DNA of 16,335 bases from Candidatus Iainarchaeum sp. (GTDB taxonomy: Archaea > Iainarchaeota > Iainarchaeia > Iainarchaeales > Iainarchaeaceae): NCBI GenBank assembly GCA_038895675.1, contig JAWANB010000018.1, positions 1-16,335 on the forward strand, in the 5' to 3' direction. Shown here one piece after another: positions 9,171-16,335 of the stretch; the first letter of the stretch is position 1, and each line of letters begins with the position of its first letter. The notes under the pieces were generated by a model. That model saw only the letters and a program-made list of their open reading frames with translations, was not told the origin of the DNA and did no database searches. A program made the position numbers and the translations under genes.

Positions 9171-9676
9171 TACCAAGGCACCTTCTTCAATTTAAGTTTG
9201 TAGGCAACAAAGTTAGAAGCTTTGTGTACAAAAAAAGTAGCAACGATAGCACTAACTATTTCAAGCAAATTTGGGACATAAATAATAAGACCCAAAATCA
9301 TTCCTCCGAAAAGAAAATCGAGTTGGTCAAGAAACAAAAATTCTTTACCCTCTTCATAGCCAAGCCTTCTTTTAATAAAACTTGCAATTATGTCCCCTAA
9401 AATAGCTCCTATAGAAAGCAAAGTTGAAAGCAAAAAATAATTATTAAAGTAATTGGTTTCTTGAAAAATTGTCATTAGTAATAAGCCAGTCAAAATTCCT
9501 GAAAAAATACCGCTAAAAGTCCCTTTAATAGTTTTACTTTTACCAAACAAAGGTTTATTGTCACCTAAACTTTTTCCAAAGTCAAGTCTTTGGCCTCCAC
9601 CAAAAATTAGAGCAGAACTATTAGCCACGTACATTGGCAACAAATACAAAAACATTTTTAGCACAAAGTCTATCAT
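9170..9676 (-). CDS. carS: CDP-archaeol synthase (CDP-2,3-bis-O-geranylgeranyl-sn-glycerol synthase, DUF46)
   Basis: LPMYVANS, GG..LDFG....D.K.LFGKSKT.KG, GDIIASFIKRRLG, FLDQLDF and C-terminal Y.L.LKKVPW. Confidence 0.93.
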   Translation of the reverse strand: MIDFVLKMFLYLLPMYVANSSALIFGGGQRLDFGKSLGDNKPLFGKSKTIKGTFSGIFSGILTGLLLMTIFQETNYFNNYFLLSTLLSIGAILGDIIASFIKRRLGYEEGKEFLFLDQLDFLFGGMILGLIIYVPNLLEIVSAIVATFFVHKASNFVAYKLKLKKVPW

Positions 9677-9707
9677 GACAATTCACTAAAAAGTCTTCTA
9701 CAATCGG

Positions 9708-9717
9708 TTTATTAAAA
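9708..9717. promoter_or_regulatory. AT box in the 63-bp carS/sppA divergent gap, possibly a shared TATA element
   Basis: TTTATTAAAA on +, TTTTAATAAA on -. It ends 22 nt before the sppA ATG and 31 nt before the carS ATG. Confidence 0.4.
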
Positions 9718-9739
9718 TTCCCATGTTAGAAATGTATTT

Positions 9740-10696
9740 ATGAAGAAAAGTGTTGAAAAAAAAGGAAACGAATTTGAATTAAAACAAGAAAAACCTTTTC
9801 CAAACTTAGTAATAATAGCGGTCGTAGCGTTCGTGTTGTTTTTCATTTTTTTAGGATTTTTTTTAATTTTGACATTTTCTGGCAATTATTCAACAACCAA
9901 AAATAATATTGCAATAATTCCATTACAAGGCCAAATATTTGCAGGCAAAGACGCTTATGATGGCATACTTTCTTCAGAAGAAATAGTAGAGCTAATAGAA
10001 CAAGCAAACAACAATAATAGCGTGGCGGCAATTCTTTTAGACATAGATAGTGGTGGCGGTGAAGTAGTTGCTTCAAAACAGTTAGTTTATGCTATTAGAG
10101 AATCAAAAAAACCAGTTTATGCTTACATAAACTCTATTGGAGCTTCTGGTGCATATTATGCTGCTGCGGCAGCTGATTATATAATGGCTGACGAAGACTC
10201 TATAACAGGAAGCATTGGCGTAATATCTATTTTTCCCAATTTTACGGAATTATTGGAAAAAATCGGAATTAAAGTAACGGTTTTAACAGAGGGAAAATAC
10301 AAGGCTTCTGGCTCAGGTTTTACAGAGTTCACACAAGAAGAACAAGAATTGTTCAAACAAATATTATCCGAAACTTATAACAAGTTTAAAGCAGACGTTT
10401 TGGAGTTTAGAGCAGGCAAAATTTCAGCAAAACAATTTGAGAGTATTGCTGACGGAAGAATAATGAGCGGCAGACAAGCATATTACGCAGGTTTAGTTGA
10501 TGAACTATTACCAAAAAACAAGGTTTTGAAAAGAATAGGTGAATTGGAAAACATAAAAGACCCAAAACCACTATACTTGCAAGAAGAAAAATTTTCTCTA
10601 TCAAAACTATTTTTTGACGTGGGCGCATCTTTTGGAAAAGGCGTACTTTTTTCTATCAAAACAGAGTCTGAAAAAAACAAAATGAGCTTTGAGTGA
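9740..10696 (+). CDS. sppA: Signal peptide peptidase SppA (S49, 36K type) with N-terminal membrane anchor
   Basis: One TM, then IAIIPLQGQI, IDSGGG, KKPVYA, GASGAYY (catalytic Ser), TGSIGV, GKYK (catalytic Lys), ADGRIMSGRQA...GLVDEL. Confidence 0.95.
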   Translation: MKKSVEKKGNEFELKQEKPFPNLVIIAVVAFVLFFIFLGFFLILTFSGNYSTTKNNIAIIPLQGQIFAGKDAYDGILSSEEIVELIEQANNNNSVAAILLDIDSGGGEVVASKQLVYAIRESKKPVYAYINSIGASGAYYAAAAADYIMADEDSITGSIGVISIFPNFTELLEKIGIKVTVLTEGKYKASGSGFTEFTQEEQELFKQILSETYNKFKADVLEFRAGKISAKQFESIADGRIMSGRQAYYAGLVDELLPKNKVLKRIGELENIKDPKPLYLQEEKFSLSKLFFDVGASFGKGVLFSIKTESEKNKMSFE

Positions 10697-10748
10697 AAGA
10701 GAGTGAAAGAAAAAGTTAATATTGTGCTTTTCATGTTTAATCTTAAAA

Positions 10749-11411
10749 TTACGGTAAAACAGCAACGCAAATTATTCCTGCTAAAAAATTTGCTATAAAA
10801 TTCACGCTGTTATTATCAAGCAAACCTTTTTTTTGTAATGTTGCTCCCAATACACTATCTATTATCATTCCTAAAAATCCAGAGAGTATAATTAAGATAA
10901 AAATCTTCCAATCTTGGTTGACAAGAAGAAAATAAGTGATTGCAATTAAGAAAGCTGAAAAGAAAGCAAAAAACGTTCCAAGCAATGTTATTGCCCCATC
11001 AGTACCTTTTTCCACTTCCTTAAAATTGGTTATTAGCCTTGGTTTTCTTTTTGACAGCATTCCTATTTCAGAAGCAGTCGTGTCAGCTATGGCTGAAGCC
11101 ATGCTTCCATAAAAGCCAAGAGGGAAACCTAATAAAAGAAATATTATACCAGGTCCTACGTTGCCTAAAACATTAGCAAGGCTTCTGGTTTCATGCTTTT
11201 TTTTGTGCATTGAAATTTTGGTTGTTATTTGAGCTAAAAAATAAACTGCTATTAAAGTTATGAATGCACTTTTTCCAGCGATAGCAAAAGTAATTGCGCC
11301 AAAAACTATAGAAGCCATTACTCCTGCTTTGTTCAAAAGTTTTTTTTCAAGAGAATAAAAACCTATTATGCTTAAAACAAAGAAAACTAGAACAAAATTT
11401 GTTATATCCAT
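10749..11411 (-). CDS. DUF92 (TMEM19/VTE6-like) integral membrane protein
   Basis: R...NVLGN, ADTTASEIG, PRLIT..K.V..GTDGAITLLGT, DSVLGATLQ, LDNNSVNF. Starts 4 nt after the rps3ae stop. Confidence 0.9.
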   Translation of the reverse strand: MDITNFVLVFFVLSIIGFYSLEKKLLNKAGVMASIVFGAITFAIAGKSAFITLIAVYFLAQITTKISMHKKKHETRSLANVLGNVGPGIIFLLLGFPLGFYGSMASAIADTTASEIGMLSKRKPRLITNFKEVEKGTDGAITLLGTFFAFFSAFLIAITYFLLVNQDWKIFILIILSGFLGMIIDSVLGATLQKKGLLDNNSVNFIANFLAGIICVAVLP

Positions 11412-11415
11412 AAGC

Positions 11416-12039
11416 TCACAAAAGTTTTGAACCTGCTATTTCGACTCTTTTTAGTGGATAGATTTTTTTTGCTTCGCTATAAATTTTGTTCGGCAAGCTT
11501 CCGAAGACTAATTGTTCAATAACCTTTTTTGCCTCTAATTGTGCTAAAAACTTTTTCGTTGTTTCTTCCGCAATTTTTAGTATGCTTGATTTTTGTCTTC
11601 CTGAAGCTTTTTTTTCGGTTACTATCAATATTTTTACTTTCACGCTTTTTTTGTCTTTTGTTTCAAATTTTTTGACTAACATTATTTTGCTTGTTCTTCT
11701 TCTTATTATTCTTTTCAAGTAAGAGTCTTTTATGTTATGGCCTATTGCTTCACATTGCCCTTTGTTTGCAGTAACATTAACTACTTTGAACTTTATTTGG
11801 ATATGACTTTTTTTTGGTTGATTAGCTAACTCGCTTGCAGTTGCTTCTAAAGTTCTGCCAAAAACAAGTTCTGGCTTTTCGGCAACGGTTTGTCCTAATT
11901 CTTTCCTTTCAAATTCTTCAGGAGCATAAAGCGTATACCATGCTTTTTTCTTCCACTTGTCAATTGTTTTTCTTTTTGTCTTTTGTTGTTGTGTTTTAGG
12001 CTGTGCTTCTTTTTTTTGTGTTTTGACTTCTTTTGACAT
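11416..12039 (-). CDS. rps3ae: 30S ribosomal protein S3Ae (eS1)
   Basis: DKWKKKAWYTLYAP..F...ELGQT, GRTLE, YLKRIIRRRTSKI, KKIYPLKRVEIAGS. AAGTGATTTT precedes the ATG. Confidence 0.96.
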   Translation of the reverse strand: MSKEVKTQKKEAQPKTQQQKTKRKTIDKWKKKAWYTLYAPEEFERKELGQTVAEKPELVFGRTLEATASELANQPKKSHIQIKFKVVNVTANKGQCEAIGHNIKDSYLKRIIRRRTSKIMLVKKFETKDKKSVKVKILIVTEKKASGRQKSSILKIAEETTKKFLAQLEAKKVIEQLVFGSLPNKIYSEAKKIYPLKRVEIAGSKLL

Positions 12040-12043
12040 AAAA

Positions 12044-12484
12044 TCACTTCACTAACAATTCAGCCGCTTCAGGCGTATACTTCCAACCCTTTTTTAGCTT
12101 GCCTTTCTTTGCATAATACTTTGTGAGTCTCTTGATTTTTGAAACAGTGAGCAAGTATCCTCTTTTTGCAGTCATATCATGCTTATTTGCCTTCATGTGC
12201 CTATTTATTATTACAGACTTTCTTATCAAGTTTAGTAGGTCTCTCGGCATATCGGGCAAAAGGCCTTTTTCTTCAAGCACTTTTTCTATTCCTTTTCCCA
12301 ATAATTCTTTCACATTTTTTATTCCATAACTATCTCTCAAAGTTATGCCTATTTCAGAAGGCGTTAAACCTTGGTTTGAAAGCTTTACTATTACTTCAAC
12401 AGCTTCTTCTGGCGTCAAAGTAATTATTGCCTTTTCTTTTTCGCCTTTTTTTCTCTTATCTTTCTTATTACTTTTAGTAGCCAC
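12044..12484 (-). CDS. rps15: 30S ribosomal protein S15 (uS15 / S13e type)
   Basis: PEEAVEVIVKL...G..PSEIGITLRDSYGI, MPRDLLNLIRKSV...HM..N.HD..AKRG.....SKIKRL.KYY...GKL...WKY. Start inferred at GTG 12484, which has the same AAGTGATTTT context as rps3ae. The track's TTG at 12550 is less likely. Confidence 0.93.
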   Translation of the reverse strand: MATKSNKKDKRKKGEKEKAIITLTPEEAVEVIVKLSNQGLTPSEIGITLRDSYGIKNVKELLGKGIEKVLEEKGLLPDMPRDLLNLIRKSVIINRHMKANKHDMTAKRGYLLTVSKIKRLTKYYAKKGKLKKGWKYTPEAAELLVK

Positions 12485-12566
12485 AAAAATCACTTTGCCT
12501 TTCCTTCCTAACGGTAAGGAAGAGCTTTTTGAAAAAATTTGTTTTAACAAGTATTACAAAGAAACA

Positions 12567-12580
12567 TATAAAAAGCTTGT
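12567..12580 (-). promoter_or_regulatory. Putative BRE/TATA promoter of the rps15-rps3ae-DUF92 operon
   Basis: The minus strand reads ACAAGC-TTTTTATA, implying a transcription start near 12543. Confidence 0.5.
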
Positions 12581-12743
12581 TGATTGTGCCTTACAGAAAC
12601 CATGTTGTTTTTTTTAAAGTTTTTTTGTTTTTGTTAGAGTCTTTTTCAGGTTTTTTTCTTTGTTAGTCTTTACTTTTTTTTGTTGTTTTAAGGTGTTAAT
12701 TTTCTTGTTGTGTTTCATGTTTGATTTTTTTGTTTTTAAAGTC

Positions 12744-13496
12744 TCATTTTTTCATATATACTGATTTTTCGAAAAGGTATTTCACCAAAGCAAGTATTTT
12801 TATTTCTTCAGTCAAAGTAAGTCCCCCTTCTTTAAATATTACATCATCACGAGAATAAATGTCCACATCAACTATGTTTTCTGTTCCTCTTCTTATTGAA
12901 AACAATTCTTCTTCTTGCTCTTTTTCAGTTAGAAGTTCATTTATATTTGTTTCAGGCGTTTCAATTTGACCTTCTAAATTATCGGTTGTACTAAACTTTT
13001 TTGTTTGATAATCAATAATCCCAATTTCTTTGCTATTAAACTTGACTCTTATTATTCCTCTTTCTATTGTTGCATCAATGTTTCCTTCTAAAATTTTTGC
13101 AGTTATAGTTCCATTAAATTCACTCCAAGAAAAACCTAATCTTAGTTTAAAAAATTCTTTACTATCATTTGCATCATCTGATTTAAAAGTTATGTTAGTT
13201 TTTGCTATCACTACAGGTTGATCATCTTCTTTATCTATGAGGTAAAGTAAAAAATATTTTTCAAGACCTAAAAATATCGCATTTGTATAAGTATACTCTA
13301 TGTCTCCGCTTATTTTGCTAAAATTTTCAAAAAAACTTTTGTTTATTTTTCCTTCTTGACTATATTCTTTTATTTTTCTTTGTGCAGTGATATTTCCAAC
13401 AATAAAAAATACGGCGAAGACTAAAAATATTAATATAATTATGTAAAGCCCAGAGTTTTCATACCAATATGAGTTGACTAGTGCATAGTAATTCAT
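12744..13496 (-). CDS. Hypothetical protein with a single N-terminal TM helix and a beta-rich soluble domain
   Basis: 250-codon ATG ORF filling the gap. Hydrophobic GLYIIILIFLVFAVFFIVG followed by basic QRKIK. No family recognised with certainty. Confidence 0.75.
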   Translation of the reverse strand: MNYYALVNSYWYENSGLYIIILIFLVFAVFFIVGNITAQRKIKEYSQEGKINKSFFENFSKISGDIEYTYTNAIFLGLEKYFLLYLIDKEDDQPVVIAKTNITFKSDDANDSKEFFKLRLGFSWSEFNGTITAKILEGNIDATIERGIIRVKFNSKEIGIIDYQTKKFSTTDNLEGQIETPETNINELLTEKEQEEELFSIRRGTENIVDVDIYSRDDVIFKEGGLTLTEEIKILALVKYLFEKSVYMKK

Positions 13497-13563
13497 GAAT
13501 AAATTTTATCCAGTTCCATTTTTAAGCTATTAAGAATGATGTTAGTTCGCAATTAAAAATCAA

Positions 13564-13578
13564 CCAAAAATTTAAATT
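13564..13578 (+). promoter_or_regulatory. Putative BRE/TATA for valS (near-leaderless transcript)
   Basis: CCAAAAA-TTTAAATT ending 26 nt before ATG 13605. No SD motif visible. Confidence 0.45.
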
Positions 13579-13604
13579 GTTTCTATTATAAAAGTTAATC
13601 TACT

Positions 13605-15980
13605 ATGCCTGAAAATTCTTTTGTTTCTATTGAAAAAAAGTGGCAAGATTATTGGGAAAAAGAAAAAATTTATGCTTTTGACTTGACCAAGTCAGGGCCT
13701 ATTTATTCTGTTGATACGCCACCTCCTACAGTTTCAGGCAGAATGCACTTAGGGCATGCTTTTTCTTATACTCAAGCAGATTTTATAGTTAGATACAAGA
13801 GAATGAAAGGCTTTAATGTCTTTTATCCTTTTGGCTTAGACGATAATGGTTTGGCAACTGAAAGACTTGTCGAAAAGAGTCGTAACATAAAAGCCAAAGA
13901 CTTTTCAAGAGAGGAATTCATTAAAATTTGTTTGGAAGAAACAAAAAAATACGAAGACTTAATGATGTCTGACTTTAAGTCTATAGGTTTGAGTATTGAC
14001 TGGTCTTTAACTTACAGAACCATAGATTCTTTGGCAAGGAAAACGAGTCAACTTAGTTTTATTGAAATTTACAAGAAGAAAAGAGCCTATAGGAAAGAAG
14101 CGCCAAGCATGTGGTGTCCTACTTGTGAAACCGCTATAGCGCAAGCAGAGTTAGAAGACGTGGAACAAGAAAGCACATTCAACGATTTAAAATTCCCTTT
14201 AGAAGGTGGTGGTGAAATAATAATCTCCACTACGAGGCCTGAATTATTGTCAAGTTGTGTTGCTGTCTTTCTTCATCCTTCTGATGAAAGAAAAAAAGAA
14301 TTATTAGGCAGAAAAGCAATAGTGCCTCTTTTTGATTATGCAGTTCCAATCTTAGAAGACAAACGTGTTGATCCACAAAAAGGGACAGGAATAGTAATGT
14401 GTTGTACTTTCGGAGATCAAACAGACATGGAATGGTATTTTGCACACTCTTTGCCTTTGCGAGTTAGTTTCACTAAGGACGGAAGAATGACAGAATTAGC
14501 AAAACAATACGCAGGCAAAAAAATAAGAGAGGCAAGGGCAGAAATAATAAAAGACTTGAAAGAAAAAGGTTTTTTGGTTTCGCAAAAACCAATAAAGCAC
14601 TTTGTTAAAGTGCACGAGCGTTGTAAAACAGAAATGGAAATAATGAACACTAAACAATGGTTCATAAATTACCTTGACTTAAAAGACGAGTTCATAAAAA
14701 AAGGCAATGAGCTTAATTGGTTTCCAAAACACATGAAAGTAAGGTACGAGAATTGGATAAAAGGTTTGCAATGGGATTGGAGTCTTTCAAGGCAAAGATA
14801 CTTTGGAGTTCCTTTTCCTGTTTGGTATTGCAAAAAATGCGGCGAAATAATAATAGCAGAAGAATCTCAATTGCCAGTTGATCCTATCCAACAAAAACCA
14901 TTAGTTTCAAAGTGTTCTAAATGCGGTTCACAAGAATTTGTTCCAGAATATGATGTTTTAGACACTTGGGCAACTTCCTCGTTAACACCACAAATAAATT
15001 CAAAGTGGGCAATAGAAAGTAATTTTCACAAGAAAATTTTTCCAATGTCTTTGAGGCCCCAAGCACATGACATAATAACTTTATGGGCTTTCAACACGAT
15101 AGTGAAAGCTTATTTCCATGAAGGAAAATTGCCTTGGCAAGACATAATGATTTCAGGTCACGCTTTAGACCCTAAAGGCAGAAAAATGTCAAAAAGCTTG
15201 GGAAATGTTGTTAATCCAATAGAAATGATACAAAAATACTCTGCTGACATGCTAAGGTATTGGTCTGCCTCAGGTTCTTTAGGCGAAGACTTGCCTTTCA
15301 TGGAAAAAGAATTTATTGCCGCAAAAAAATTCATAATAAAACTAACTAACGTCGCAAAATTTGTTTCCGAAAAATCAGCAGGAACAAAACCCGATTATGT
15401 CGAAAAAAATTATTCCAAGCTAAAAATAATTGATAAATGGATTATTTCAAAGTGGGAAGACACGAAAGATAAAGCAACTAATGCTTTTGAAGAATACGAG
15501 TTTTCCAAAGCAATGTCAGCCTTGAGAAACTTTTTTTGGCTTGAGTTTGCAGACTTTTACATAGAAGAAGTAAAGTATAGAATATACTCTGAAAAAGAAA
15601 ATGACTCTGCAATTTCGGCAAAATCTACTTTGTTATACGTTTTTTCAGAACTACTGAAGGCTTTTTCGCCTTTTGTTCCACATACGACTGAAGAAATATG
15701 GCAAAATAATTTCAAAAACCTCCAAACAAAAAAATCAATTCATTTAGAGCAATGGCCAGAACCAAAAACAAGTTTTATAAATCAAGAGTCTTTGAAAGCG
15801 GGCGACTTAGCAAAAGAAATAATTGCTTTAATAAGAAAACAAAAGTCAGAATCAAAAATGGCTATGAACGCTCCATTAAAAGAATTTAGATTAAATAAAA
15901 AAATCGACAACAAACTTTTTAGTTTGGTAGAAGAAGATATAAAAGGCACAATGAATGTTGGGAAAATAATAATTTCTTAA
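13605..15980 (+). CDS. valS: Valine--tRNA ligase, archaeal type
   Basis: DTPPPTVSGRMHLGH (HIGH), STTRPEL, GTGIVMCCTFGD editing domain, WDWSLSRQRYFGVPFPVW, LDTWATSS, RPQAHDII, KMSKS. No long C-terminal coiled coil. Confidence 0.97.
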   Translation: MPENSFVSIEKKWQDYWEKEKIYAFDLTKSGPIYSVDTPPPTVSGRMHLGHAFSYTQADFIVRYKRMKGFNVFYPFGLDDNGLATERLVEKSRNIKAKDFSREEFIKICLEETKKYEDLMMSDFKSIGLSIDWSLTYRTIDSLARKTSQLSFIEIYKKKRAYRKEAPSMWCPTCETAIAQAELEDVEQESTFNDLKFPLEGGGEIIISTTRPELLSSCVAVFLHPSDERKKELLGRKAIVPLFDYAVPILEDKRVDPQKGTGIVMCCTFGDQTDMEWYFAHSLPLRVSFTKDGRMTELAKQYAGKKIREARAEIIKDLKEKGFLVSQKPIKHFVKVHERCKTEMEIMNTKQWFINYLDLKDEFIKKGNELNWFPKHMKVRYENWIKGLQWDWSLSRQRYFGVPFPVWYCKKCGEIIIAEESQLPVDPIQQKPLVSKCSKCGSQEFVPEYDVLDTWATSSLTPQINSKWAIESNFHKKIFPMSLRPQAHDIITLWAFNTIVKAYFHEGKLPWQDIMISGHALDPKGRKMSKSLGNVVNPIEMIQKYSADMLRYWSASGSLGEDLPFMEKEFIAAKKFIIKLTNVAKFVSEKSAGTKPDYVEKNYSKLKIIDKWIISKWEDTKDKATNAFEEYEFSKAMSALRNFFWLEFADFYIEEVKYRIYSEKENDSAISAKSTLLYVFSELLKAFSPFVPHTTEEIWQNNFKNLQTKKSIHLEQWPEPKTSFINQESLKAGDLAKEIIALIRKQKSESKMAMNAPLKEFRLNKKIDNKLFSLVEEDIKGTMNVGKIIIS

Positions 15981-16157
15981 AACAAGTCTTTTCTGAAATC
16001 ATTTTGACTTTTCACGTTTGGTTTTTTATTGTAATTTTTGGCTTTTTACTTTGTAGTAATATTTTTTTGGTAGTATCATGTTTTTTTGTTAGTCATGTGT
16101 TTTTTTTAATTCTTTGTCTTTATTTTTTCTAACTATTTCTAAGTTTTTTGCTCTTTG

Positions 16158-16334
16158 TCATGTTTTTTTGAATATGTTTTTGAATTTTCCGAAAAAGTCT
16201 TTTCTTTCCGAAGAAATTTTTTCTTCTTTAGCCAATTCTTCTAAGAGTTCTTTCATTTTTTTTGTTATTTTCGTTGGTGTCTTAATAATCACTTTTACGT
16301 ATTGGTCGCCATAAGTATTTCCATGCACTGCTTT
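16158..16334 (-). CDS. dnaJ: Chaperone DnaJ, C-terminal end (gene continues beyond the window)
   Basis: My translation of the minus strand gives KAVHGNTYGDQYVKVIIKTPTKITKKMKELLEELAKEEKISSERKDFFGKFKNIFKKT*. This matches the DnaJ C-terminal pattern GD.YV.V...TP......KELL.E...FF.K.K..F. Not in the ORF track. Confidence 0.88.
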   Translation of the reverse strand, partial: KAVHGNTYGDQYVKVIIKTPTKITKKMKELLEELAKEEKISSERKDFFGKFKNIFKKT

Positions 16335-16335
16335 T

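Noticed and set aside
12040..12050. Recurring (A)GTGA(T) motif before several starts as a novel regulator site
   Set aside because: Matches the ordinary archaeal SD complementary to the 16S 3' end (GGAGGTGAT).
12485..12550. 22-aa N-terminal extension of S15 from TTG 12550
   Set aside because: Only about 16 nt from the putative TATA box and lacks an SD, while GTG 12484 has the same SD context as rps3ae. Not fully excluded, since it contains an RKGK resembling canonical S15.
11486..12617. + strand ORFs over rps3ae and rps15
   Set aside because: Antisense shadows of ribosomal protein genes.
5986..13496. A PGF-/PEF-/PEP-CTERM-type sortase substrate within the window
   Set aside because: No secreted protein here ends in motif+TM+basic tail. 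The orphan and SppA are N-terminally anchored.
15981..16157. CRISPR array, tRNA or small gene in the valS/dnaJ gap
   Set aside because: Low-complexity T-rich sequence with no regular repeat-spacer units, no cloverleaf, and only very short ATG ORFs on the minus strand.
16114..16314. 66-aa + strand ORF in the track
   Set aside because: Antisense to the dnaJ C-terminus. F/S/L-rich shadow translation.

Overview
AT-rich archaeal housekeeping region. Gene content suggests a DPANN-type or otherwise reduced archaeon, but that is inference and cannot be proven from this window. Order: polD DP1 (5'-truncated) > polD DP2 >< NOG1-type GTPase <> secF > secD >< small exosortase/archaeosortase-family protein < carS (CDP-archaeol synthase) <> sppA >< DUF92 < rps3ae < rps15 < orphan membrane-anchored protein <> valS >< dnaJ (3' end only, absent from the ORF track). 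I saw no RNA genes, mobile elements, CRISPR arrays or inteins. The most interesting element is carS translationally coupled (TAATG overlap) to a compact Cys-Arg-His exosortase-like gene, nested among secDF, sppA and DUF92. This is a candidate export, cleavage and lipid-anchoring module. Other points: non-canonical metal ligands in DP1, a decayed Zn site in DP2, Asn at the conserved SecD TM4 Asp position, a hairpin-containing leader before a re-annotated rps15 start, and a multi-kb oscillation in G+T versus A+C strand skew.
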